DNA of 36,854 nucleotides from Nemertoderma westbladi. Lineage: Eukaryota; Animalia; Xenacoelomorpha. Position 1 is the first letter of the stretch, and each line of letters starts with the position of its first letter. The notes beneath the pieces were generated by a model. That model was not told where the DNA came from. It saw nothing but the letters and a program-made list of their open reading frames with translations, and did no database searches. Of the stretch, positions 1-10,059 are shown one piece after another. The position numbers were made by a program, and so were the translations under genes. The stretch covers positions 1 through 36,854 of the forward strand of contig JAUCBJ010005996.1 in assembly GCA_032718475.1 (NCBI GenBank), written 5' to 3'.

Positions 1-86
1 AATCACATGCGTACTTTTTAACCGGGTAGTGTACAAATTTAGGAATCGGGTAATTTTCTTGAAATTAATATCTCATATCTCTCCAA

Positions 87-129
87 ACCACGTTCACGTT
101 TCGACCTTACTGGGTCTCATCAGCGTGGT
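87..129 (-). ncRNA. Minimal type I hammerhead ribozyme, copy 1 (cleavage triplet mutated)
   Basis: Minus strand reads ACCACG-CUGAUGA-GACC CAGUAA GGUC-GAAA-CGUGAA-CGUGGU. Core and stems I/II are intact, but GUA is changed to GAA and the stem III palindrome is lost. Confidence 0.8.
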
Positions 130-189
130 GTCGGATTCGAACCTGGGACCTCGAGGTAGAAGCCGATACTACAACCACTAGGCCACAGG
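130..189 (-). promoter_or_regulatory. tRNA-derived internal Pol III promoter (A box and B box), copy 1
   Basis: Minus strand has A box TGGCCTAGTGG (185-175) and B box GGTTCGAATCC (143-133) at tRNA-like spacing. No complete acceptor stem is visible. Confidence 0.85.
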
Positions 190-466
190 TTCTTGAGATA
201 TGGATTATTAATTTCAAAGCCAGCTGCCATTTTATTAGCCCCTGATTTTTGATTATTGATAGTAACAATGTGTTGGCTAGCTGCATTTTTCGAGGTGTTT
301 GTTATTATACATTTATTATAGGAAGGGATCTAGGGGTCTTAACCTCGAATGTTTTATTGGCGCAATTGTAGGACTAATCCCATCACATGAGTACTTTTTA
401 ACCGGGTAGTGTACAAATTTAGGAATCGCGTAATTTTCTTGAAATTAATATCTCATATCTCACCAA

Positions 467-509
467 ACCACGTACGCGTTTCGACCTTACTGGATCTCAT
501 CAGCGTGGT
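467..509 (-). ncRNA. Minimal type I hammerhead ribozyme, copy 2 (intact core)
   Basis: Minus strand reads ACCACG-CUGAUGA-GAUC CAGUAA GGUC-GAAA-CGCGUA-CGUGGU: 6-bp stem I, 4-bp stem II with one U-G pair, palindromic ACGCGU stem III and a GUA triplet. Predicted cut is between 473 and 472. Confidence 0.9.
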
Positions 510-569
510 GTCGGATTCGAACCTGGGACCTCGAGGTAGAAGCCGATACTACAACCACTAGGCCACAGG
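510..569 (-). promoter_or_regulatory. tRNA-derived internal Pol III promoter (A box and B box), copy 2
   Basis: Identical to copy 1: A box 565-555, B box 523-513. Confidence 0.85.
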
Positions 570-861
570 TTCTTGAGATATGGAGTATTAATTTCAAAGC
601 CAGCTGCCATTTTATTAGCCCCTGATTTTTTATTATTGATAGTAACAATGTGTTGGCTAGCTGCATTTTTCGAGGTGTTTGTTATTATACATTTATTATA
701 GGAAGGGATCTAGGGGTCTTAACCTCGAATGTTTTATTGGCGCAATTGTAGGAATAATCCCATCACATGCGTACTTTTTAACCGGGTAGTGTACAAATTT
801 AGCAATCGGGTAATTTTCTTGAAATTAATATCTCATATCTCTCCAAATCACATACGCGTTT

Positions 862-3795
862 ACAACTCGGGTATTGAGGTCTTACTGAGATTTAGAAATG
901 GGAGACACGCCTTCACCTGCGACAATGTTCAACCATGTCCGTGTGACGGAGGAGGATAGCGACAGCCAGCGCTTCCTATGGTACAACGGCGACAAGGAAC
1001 CATCGACAATACCGATGTACAAGATGGTGGTGCAGAACATGGGGGCCAAGTCGTACTCATTTACGATGACTGTGGCTGTAAGAGATACGGTAGAAGGGAA
1101 AGAGGGGAAGTATAGCGCCGAAGCGATCGATATGATTCGACATGGCGCCTATGTAGACAACGGGATAGAGTCTGGAAACACGGTTAAATAATTACTGGAT
1201 ACAGGGCGCGAGGTTCGCGACATCCTGAAAGGATCCGGATTTAACCTGACCAAGTTTCAATCCAGCTCAGAGGAGTTTATGGAAGCCATAGAGGGCAGGC
1301 GGCCAGAGTCGACCATGGACAACCCCACAACAGCCAAGGGACAAGACCTGGCGGACAAGAGAATAGAGTCTCAGCAAAAGGCGCTGGGGATCGTGTGGAA
1401 CCGGGAGACAGACGAGTTCAAGTACCAACTGAGCCAGGAGGGCGCGGACATCCACACAAAGAGGGGCTATGTATCATACATAGCAAGGATATACGATCCC
1501 TTAGGCCTAGCATCCCCATTGTTAGTCACGGGGAAACAGATACTTAAGAAAGTATATAAGTTAAAGGACGAGTGGGATACAGAGGTCCCGGAAGAAATTA
1601 GCAAGCAATGGAGTAAGTGGACGGGGAGTTTAGAACAGATGGGGACATACAGCATGACACGCGTGTACTTCCCAGATGGGGACATGACGGATCTGGACCT
1701 ACACATGTTCTCCGATGCATCATTGGAAGCATACGGAGCGGCACTCTACCTAGTACAGCGAAAGGGGGCTGATAAGCCCAGACTTGCATTCAGTAAAGCA
1801 AAGTTGACGCCGCCAGATTCAGCATCAGTCCCGAAACTCGAGTTGACAGCTGCAAGATTAGGAGTAAGGGCCACAGCCTACTTGATGGACACCATTCCCA
1901 ACATAGTGGAAACACACTACTGGGCGGACTCCATGGTAGTGCTTGGATGGCTGCACAATGAGAAGACGAGATACCCTATATTCGTCGCAAATAGGGTGGA
2001 CGAAATAAGGGCGACGACAGACTTGGAAAGATGGCACTACTGCCCAACGGATGAGAACCCAGCAGACTTGTTATCAAGGGGCATGGCATGCCACACTTTC
2101 TTAAAGAAGGAAGTGTTGTGGCAACATGGGCCGCACTTCCAGAACGATAGATCGGCCTGGCCACCAATGAAGAAGGTGGAACCGGGTCCGGAGGAAGTAG
2201 CACCAGGGGAAGAGGGAGAAGATTCAGAAGGTGAAGAAATATATAGTCAGATGGTGAGGGAAGTCAGGTAGGTGCAACCGAAATTATAAGAGCCACGCGA
2301 TAACCCGACGGATAGGCTACTCAGCTACAGCTCGAGCTGGTACAAGACCATGAAGTTGGTAGCGTATTGGAGGGCCTACGGGGATTTCCTCAAGGGAGTT
2401 GGCAAGGACGCCAAGAGGAAACCAAACATCGATCTGGAGGGAGCGGCTAAGGCCGTGATACGGTATGAACAAAGAAAGAACTATGGCGACGAAGTGGATC
2501 GAGTCAGCAAACAACAACATCTTCGTCGGGACAGCGAGCTCATCATGATGTCACCACAACTCAACGATGATGGGATTCTGGTGATGAATTCCAGAGTGCT
2601 GAATAACAACAGCCTTATCATCCCACCAGAACCCATTATCATCCCCAACAGATCGCTGATAGTCCACCAGATCATTTGGGACTCCCACAAGTCGATATTA
2701 CACAGAGGCACCAACCAGACCCTCACGGAGATACGGAGGACCTTCTGGATCGCGCAGCTAAGAAAGAAGGTAAAGGCGGTAGTGGGGCAGTGCCAGACCT
2801 GCCGACGGACGAGAAAGGAGTGGGCCGTACAGGAGATGGCGCCATTACCGGCTAGTAGGGTGAGACAGCACGACCCGCCATTCATGCACTGCGGCGTAGA
2901 CATGTTCGGGCTGATCAAGATCAAGGTGATGCGACACACGGAGAAACGCTACGGCATCATCTTCGTATGTAACAACACGAGGGCGGTAGGAATAGAACTC
3001 GCCCAGGACGCTACGTCATCGGCATTCATCAATGCCTTAGTGAGATTCAGAGACCGCAAAGGTGGGACGTTCGCAGTGATCTATTCCGACAATGGAACCA
3101 ACTTTGTGGGGTCAGAGAACGAGTTGGCGGAGGCCTTGGACATCCTAGAAGGAGAAGAAGTCAGGGCAGCCACGAGGAGACGACAGGTGAAGTGGGAAAG
3201 GAGGACGCCGTATGCGCCACATACTTTAGGATGCATCAAGAGACTTGTGGGTAGTTCCAAGCATCTGATGACGAAGTTGATGAACACCCACATGGTGACA
3301 GAGGACATACTAAGGACGGTGCTAGCCAAGTGCGAGGGCATCATCAATAGCAGACCGCTATATCCAGAAAATGACGACCCAGAATCACTAGATGTGCTAA
3401 CACCCAGCCACTTTCTGATGGAAAGGCCGGCGACCATCGACATGCGCGGTGTAGACCCAGATGACATACACTCCCGACAGAGTTGGAAAGTCGCCAAGGC
3501 GATAAGCGCAGAGTACTGGAGGAGGTGGGTCGAGGAATACCTACCCACATTACATAGGAGGAGCAAGTGGAGGAATACCACTAGAGAGTTAAAGAAAGGT
3601 GATTTAGTGATCGTCACCGACGACACAATCATCAACAATCAGTGGAGGCTAGCAAGAGTAGTAGACACTTACCCCGACGAGGACGGAAGAGTCCGATCGG
3701 TGGAAGTGCGGATAGGGGGTAAGATAGGAGCAAAGGACAGAAAGACCTACAGGAGGGCTGTAGGGAAGTGCTGCCTACTAGAATGGGCACCATAG
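862..3795 (+). pseudogene. pol: BEL/Pao pol (RT C-terminal half, RNase H/Peptidase_A17 region, integrase) with a frameshift and stops
   Basis: VLLRFR..AFTCD, QRFLW, AYVDN (YxDD changed to YVDN), KALGIVWN, IYDPLG, LHMFSDAS..AYGA, PKLEL, YWADS, NPADLLSRG; integrase H..H/CQTC, CGVDMFG, IYSDNGTNFVG, INSRPL, W.RW..EYL. Frameshift near 920; stops at 1189 and 2269. Confidence 0.95.
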
Positions 3796-3804
3796 AGTTT
3801 AGTC

Positions 3805-3850
3805 GTCCAAGTGTTGGACTGAGGGGGGTCGGAATCAGGGCGAGACGCCC
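3805..3850 (+). other. Polypurine-tract-like motif after the integrase, between two small hairpins
   Basis: GTCCAA-gtg-TTGGAC (3805-3819), GAGGGGGGTCGGAA (3821-3834), GGGCG-aga-CGCCC (3838-3850). No TGT LTR start follows. Confidence 0.45.
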
Positions 3851-4000
3851 TTCCCAGACAAAATATAAAAAAAATAAAAATTAATAAAATAAAATAATAG
3901 AAAGAAAGTTAGAAAGTTAGAAAGAGAAAGTAATAGTAGATAGCACGTAGTAGTAAGTAAGTAGGCAGATAGAAGTTAGTAAGAGTTAGTAAGAGTAGAG

Positions 4001-4640
4001 TGTAAGAGGGTACGTAGTACCGTTAGTAGGGAGTACGAGGGTACGTAGTACCGTTAGTGGAGTTAGTTAGAGAGTAAGAGGGTACGTAGCACCATTAGTG
4101 GAGTTAGTTTGAGAGTAAGAGGGTACATAGTACCGTTAGTGGAGTTAGTTAGAGTGTACGAGGGTATGTAGTACTGTTAGTGGAGTTAGTTAGAGAGTAA
4201 GAGGGTACATAGTACCATTAGTGGAGTTGGTTAGAGAGTAAGAGGGTATGTAGTACCATTAGTGGAGTTAGTTAGAGAGTAAGAGGGTACATAGTACCGT
4301 TAGTGGAGTTAGTTAGGGTGTAAGAGGGTACGTAGTACCGTTAGTGGAGTTAGTTAGGGTGTAAGAGGGTACGTAGTACCGTTAGTGGAGTTAGTTAGAG
4401 TGTAAGAGGGTACATAGTACCGTTAGTGGAGTAAGAGTTAGAGAGTTGGTAAGAGTTAGAGAGTTAGTAAGAGTTAGAGAGTTAATAGAGTAGATGGTAC
4501 ATAGTACCGTTAGTGGAGTAAGAGTTAGAGAGTTGGTAAGAGTTAGAGAGTTAGTAAGAGTTAGAGAGTTAATAGAGTCAGAGAGTTAGTAAGAGTTAGA
4601 GAGTTAGTAGAGTTAGAGAGTTAGTAGGGTTAGTAGTAAG
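4001..4640 (+). repeat. 41-bp minisatellite grading into 8-18 bp GTTAGAGA/GTTAGTAAGA repeats
   Basis: GGTAC-rta-GTACC starts at 4009, 4040, 4081, 4122, 4163, 4204, 4245, 4286, 4327, 4368, 4409 and 4496. The plus strand is strongly C-poor. Confidence 0.95.
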
Positions 4641-5139
4641 AAGTGAGAGGGGGGCACGTGAGTACAGCAGGACAGACCGTGTAGGCCGCACGAGACAGAC
4701 TACTGTACTGCACAGCCCGTAGAGTAGGTCAGAATGTTTGATACAGGGCCAGGAGGTTACCTGGTGCAGACTAGCACAGTAAGGAATAGCTAGTCTACCC
4801 TGTATGCAAAGCATAGGGGTTATTTAGACAAAATAATCCATTATAAGTATTGATAGCACAGTAATAGAATTAAAATTATAATTAAATTAAAAATTCAACA
4901 AATTATAGTAACACTAGACAGAAAATTCTAGAACATAATAAAAGTAACTGACAGATTTAGGGAATTTAGGGAAATTTAGCACTTTAGGGGGTAGATAGGC
5001 AAAATATAGTGTAAAAACCTAGTGTTCTGAGAGAGATAGGCCATTATCGGACCGCACAGACCATCCTAACTACATCACTCACCTATTTTGAGCCTTGGTA
5101 AGGCACCACCTTGTAGGTGAGCGATCGGGAGCGTTCGAA

Positions 5140-7746
5140 ATGGCGGAGAGACTTGTCAGAAAGAGAAAGGCGAAAATAGGTGGAAAGGAGATATTAGTGG
5201 ATTTCACTCAGAGGCATCTGGAGGAGAAGACGAGGGGATACTACGAGCGGTTAGAGAAGGGTCACAAGGCGCGAGCGCTGCAGGACCATTTCAGGGAGGT
5301 GCACGAGAGGCGGCTGGTCGGGACCTACGGGACGCCGTCGATAGACAATGCGATCCTCGAGCATTTCCACTACATAGTGAAGGGAGACGAGGCGAAGTTC
5401 AGGATACCGAAGTATCCGAGGGAACCACCGAGAAAGGACTGGAAGAGGTTCGTAGAGTCCGTCAGCAGGGGAGGGTACATGGTCCTAGATGACGAAGGGA
5501 CTGGAAGATGACGAGGGTTCGAGAAGAGGGTTGGCAGGGTCGGCCAGAACCATACTTCTACATTTGGCGCAGCCAAATGTAGGACATATTCCTGTTCGAT
5601 CTGGGAACGTATGGGAAGAAGAGCGGGCCAAAGTTTAACCGGTTGCCAAGGGCGGTGCAGAACCTAGTAAGGGAGAAGTCGACGATGAAGGTGGGATCGG
5701 CGATCCACGACGATGCGGAGAGGATCGTCGGACCGGAAACCCCCAACCTCCTGGACATGCAAACGGTCTACATGGCTGTGACAGGGCCAGCTGGGTTGGG
5801 ATTAGTAGAGAACACAGGACATTGCGGAGCAGTGGCGATGGGCCAGCTGATGGGGCTGATGCCACAAGCCAATGGACTGGGGTAAATTCAGGGAGGAGTA
5901 CGGAGCGGAGTTGGTGAACTCACTGAAGTGGGGAGCGAGGCCAGGGAAACAGGAGGTGTATCAATTCCGGAGAGGAGCGATAAAGATATATCAGAAGCGA
6001 TATATCCTGCAGGAGATTGGATAATGATAGGTTTACTAAACCTATTCATGGCTGTGGTTATCGGAAGAGAACCACGGCGTTTCTGCTGTCAGGATCACCC
6101 CTGAACTACAGAAGAGCCTTCAAAGTGGCCTTCGATGGTCTGGCAGACCACCCGGGGCTGAAGGGCGAGTCGGTATACTATAACTGCCGATATCTAGTAG
6201 ACAGGGAGGTGGATACACCATATCAGAGGTGGGAGAAGCTGGAGGCGGATAGACTAGAGGAGAAGCGATTGGAAGAAATCGCCAGACGAGAAAGGAGGGA
6301 GGCAGACGAAAGAGAGGCGGAAGCTAGAGGAGAGGGCTACGGGTTCGAGGCCCAGGCCTTGGACGAGTTACAGTGGGGATCAGGGAGCTCGGGCGAGTCT
6401 CTGGGGCGGGAGTTGGGATGGACGGAAGGATCGCCGGAACAGTCGTCATTGGGATTGCAAGCGACGCCCATGCCAGCGGGCGCCGAGGGCGATTTCACAA
6501 AGAAAAGACCAAGGGAACTGGAAGGATGGAAAGTTACGGGCGAGAGCCAAGGTGGGACGGGACACAGTGGGTCTGCCGGGATACTGGGTTTGGATCCACT
6601 CCCAGCGGGGGCGAGGATGACGACGAGTTCGGGGAGATGCCGCCCATCGAGAGGATTGGCCACTCAGACAGGGACTGGGTTGGCGGGAGAGTGGTGACGG
6701 CCAGCGGGGCGAGGGCCTTCTGGGATAAACCCGGCAAGCGGGCCTGGGTGCATGAGGAGGCGGCGATGGATTTTGTGGGGAGCACCATCAGGTTGGGCGA
6801 GCAACTGGGAACGGCACCACGGGTAGTGTTCGGAGAGACGATGCCGAGGCGAGACGAGGACATAGACATGGACAGAGACGTTAACGTCCAGAAGTTTGCT
6901 TACCAATGGCCCCATAGACCGAGGAGATCGCTTGGGGCAAAAGACGACTTGGGGCGGGATGCGTTGATACACGGCTGCGATTACTGCGGGAGGCTTACTC
7001 ACCAGGAAAAGAGCTGCTTGTATCGATTCCAGAAGGGGATGTGTTGCCTCTACTGCTGCGAGTCGAGTCACAGGATGGGGGCATGTCCACAGTTGCACAA
7101 CTGCTGCTCTAAGTGTAACTTTCGGGGACACTACGGACGCCAGTGCGACTGGATGGACGACGAGGAGAAGTTTAAGATGTTCGAGGAGTGGGCCGACGTT
7201 GGCGTCATGACGTGGCAGAGAATGAAGGCCCAGGAGTTCCGGTGGGGTTTCTTCAATATTAACCAGGAGGCCCACCTGGAAATCATTAAACGGAGACTTC
7301 CGTTTACTTATCAAGAAGTAGCGACGGCGGCATCGTATGGTGGAGTGATCAATACGCAGAGGTATTTAGATAGATGGGCGCCAGAGAACTGGGGAGAGTT
7401 CAGAGATTTCCTAGCGGAGCATGTGCCGTGGGCCATGAAGGTGATCTTGTGGGACGCTACTAGGGGAAAGCAGCAGGGGCATTCGGAGGGGCCACCTGCG
7501 AAGCGATACCGGGAGCTAATAACACCAGCGCCCAAGGAATCGACCACGGGAATCAGTAAGGAGGTAACGGCAAGGATGAGGAGCCTTAAGGAGGATAAGA
7601 ACAGCCAGGAAGCGACCGAGACAGGACGACAACAGAGGGAAGGACCTGAGATGGTTCCCAAAGACGGGAGGAGCGAACTAGGACTTGGAGGGGGAGATGT
7701 GGGGATGCCTGGAAGGCACCACATGCGAAGTAATACAAACTCCTAA
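5140..7746 (+). pseudogene. BEL-1 accessory gene: DEDDy 3'-5' exonuclease plus three CCHC zinc knuckles (about 870 codons, frameshifted)
   Basis: ExoI GYMVLDDEG (D 5488, E 5494); RTILLHLAQ..IFLFDL; ExoII LPRAVQNLV..KVGSAIHDD; LLDMQ; ExoIII YILQD after removing a 2-bp insertion at 6013. Knuckles CDYCGRLTHQEKSC, CLYCCESSHRMGAC, CSKCNFRGHYGRQC (6976-7146). Confidence 0.8.
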
Positions 7747-8199
7747 GTGCAAATTTAATAAAAGTGCAATTAGTATGTACGTATGTAATGATCAATAGAG
7801 TATAATTAAAATCAATATAATCAAAGTAAGTACTATAGTCATGTAACCTTTTTCCAACTAGCTAGTGGGACTGGGGACCAATCGACTATGACAGGAGGAT
7901 GGGAGACTAGACGTGGCACTACACACTTCACACTTCTTGAGTGCGATGGCACGGAAGGGGAGGGTGAGGCTCGTCAGGAGTGAATGGGGCAAAGTAAGTA
8001 AGGGTTGAGTACAGGAGCGCAGGGGAGATAGTGAGAGGTGGTGTTGATGCGTGTGGAAAGAATACGGGTGCAATTAAAATGTGGGGAGCGAGGAGTAAGA
8101 GGCAGTGTGAGGGACAAAGAGGTCTGAAAGTAGAGTGGAGTTAGAGTGGAGTTAGAGTGGAGCTAGAGGAGTTAGAGTCAGCCTAGAGTAGAGTGGGGA

Positions 8200-8700
8200 T
8201 ACAAAATTGTGTGAGAAGAATCCACAATTGTCTCGAACCGAGACGCCAGATGTCTTGGTGCAACATAGGTTACGGTTGCACCAAGAAGGGGTAGTAATAT
8301 CATACCCAGAGGGAGCGGCCTGGAAAGCCGACTCCAAGAAAAGAACTCCACCCAATAGTAGATCGGGTTCCAGCAGAATTGAAGCGCACTTATAGGTGAT
8401 GCTATCTTCTCACCGGGAAGATAGCATGGGGGGGGAGTGTAAACGGATTCAATTCCGCTTCATTACCCTCATAAAATGGGAAGTGGCACCTTTTCAGCAA
8501 TATGTTGGAGATACGAGATTGGCAATAACCAATCTCGTATCACAACCAACACTGGGGACAACACAACCCCAAAGCCACACAAAGGGAGGTTAGAGGTCAA
8601 TCCACCTCGAAAGGGGAAACAACCAGCAGGGGCCAACAGGGGGGGAAACACTCCCAGAGAGAGTGACAGGCGTGAAGTAGGTTATTGGCCAATAGGGGCG
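8200..8700 (+). other. Hairpin-rich non-coding 3' region of BEL-1 (repeated at +3590 and +7180)
   Basis: Perfect stems of 12 bp (8253-8286), 11 bp (8399-8427) and 13 bp (8510-8541), plus several 4-7 bp stems. Confidence 0.7.
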
Positions 8701-8735
8701 AAGGAGGGCATCCACTGGGTGAAACGCCACAGTAA

Positions 8736-9600
8736 TGTAGCGGTAGAGTAATATCGGTGTGTGATATATATTATCTATTTGCTACCGGCCCATGACTCAG
8801 TTTTACTCAGTTGTCAGTTTCAGTGCAGGCCGGCAATATAGTTTTACCGTCACTGCAGTACTGCCTTATTCTATTATCTATTTACTACCGGTTGTCCGCG
8901 CTTTTAGACCTTTAGCAGTTTAACCTGCCAATTTTAGTTGTCCTCTTGTTTATAAATCGACTTTAGCCTATATCAATTATTTAATGTACTGAAGTTACAT
9001 CAGCCGAAGCCAGTCTGTGCGCTATCATTCACCCACAGTTAAGGGAGACTGGATTCGGATTCCTTGATAGTTATTGCGGTGTAGACCTACTGTATTATTC
9101 GATTGATCGTTACTATATAATCTCTGACAATATATTTACTTTCGGGGAAATATTAACAGTTCCTTTAGGACGTGGCGCTTTAAGTATAAAAACAGAGTTA
9201 TGACTTATACTAATCACAACTAGATGGCCACAGAGTTTCGTAAATAGCGCATTCTTTAGGAGATGCTTTATTATCTTTCACACTACTTCACACGACTTCA
9301 CACTACTTCACACTACTGCGTACTAATCTGCCGACCGTCACTGAATTTGATCATATATAAGGAAGATCGCAACTGACACTTGTAGGGATTATGAAATAGC
9401 ATTTAATTCACACAAAAACCACTATAATTTAAGTCGCAGTTGCTACCGGTAACCTGTTCCTCTTACCTTCAGTAATCAAGAAGATTTGGGGTTTTATGAT
9501 TATTTATCGGTATTCTCCAAATATAACAACATATCCATCAATATAACAACAATTAATAACAGAAGTAAAATAATGCGGTGAACAGTTGGCATGTGTTACT
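8736..9600 (+). mobile_element. Candidate 3' LTR of BEL-1 (end undefined)
   Basis: Starts TGTAGCGGT at a shift from purine-rich to AT-rich sequence and resembles TGTTGCGGT at 33315. No 5' LTR is available for comparison and there is no clean polypurine tract immediately upstream. Confidence 0.3.
9277..9316 (+). repeat. 10-bp tandem repeat (TTCACACTAC) x4
   Basis: Seen directly; present in all three duplication units. Confidence 0.9.
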
Positions 9601-9961
9601 TATGCAGTTATGAAAGTCAGTAAAGACCGTAATATGATATGATGTGATCGGTAGGTGCCGTGATAATAGATTTACGTTCTTGTAATCAAAACCATCTGAT
9701 GTTTAGGCCAAAGTCTGAAACTTCCACACAGAAGTACAGAAGAATTCCAAGCCGGTTCTGAGGCTCAGAAAAAGGTAAACAAAGATAAGATTACGCATTG
9801 CGCGGGTTTCCATAGGCTTCTGTCAGACATAAAGTGAAAATCGCTCTGATTGGCTGAGCAGAACAAAGAAGTTCCACGTCCACAAAGAATCAGCTGTTAG
9901 ATTTTGTCATCTGGGCTCTGATTCCTCCCTTTCACATAGTTGGATAAATTTTAGAGTATTC

Positions 9962-10059
9962 TGCGAATTGCGGGAAAAATGAGTTGTTATGTCCGCAAAA
10001 GCCCCTACACTGCGCATTGCGGGAAAAATGACTTGTTATGTCCGCAAAAGCTTTTACAC
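9962..10059. repeat. 49-bp direct repeat x2, each with an internal inverted repeat TTGCGG...CCGCAA
   Basis: ATTGCGGGAAAAATGA.TTGTTATGTCCGCAAAAGC at 9967 and 10016. Confidence 0.9.

Larger units (their letters stand above)
1..861 (-). repeat. 380-bp tandem array of a retrozyme/SINE-like unit (tRNA-derived head plus hammerhead ribozyme)
   Basis: ATCACATG.GTACTTTTTAACCGGG recurs at 2, 382 and 762 (period 380) with few substitutions. The third unit breaks at about 861, where BEL pol sequence begins. The array runs off the left edge of the window. Confidence 0.95.
862..8735 (+). mobile_element. BEL/Pao LTR retrotransposon BEL-1, internal region, 5'-truncated and decayed
   Basis: Pol motifs in RT-RNase H-integrase order, then an accessory ORF and a purine-rich tail. 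Gag, protease and the RT N-terminus are missing. The right boundary is approximate. Confidence 0.9.

Noticed and set aside
125-189. Functional tRNA gene
   Set aside because: A and B boxes are present but there is no complete acceptor stem, and the 3' part runs into hammerhead stem I, so it is a SINE-type head.
1267-3638. Minus-strand ORFs over BEL-1 pol (likewise over BEL-2)
   Set aside because: Antisense shadows of the coding strand with no recognisable motifs.
4001-4640. CRISPR-like array of palindromic repeats
   Set aside because: The sequences between palindromes are themselves repeated, so there are no unique spacers; there are no cas genes and the context is eukaryotic.
4300-4640. Telomeric repeat
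   Set aside because: Only isolated TTAGGG instances occur, with no perfect tandem telomere array.
5140-7746. env gene, or a second gag suggested by the CCHC knuckles
   Set aside because: No signal peptide or clear transmembrane anchor, no capsid motifs and no following protease or RT; the exonuclease motifs explain it better. The same applies to 28555-31930.
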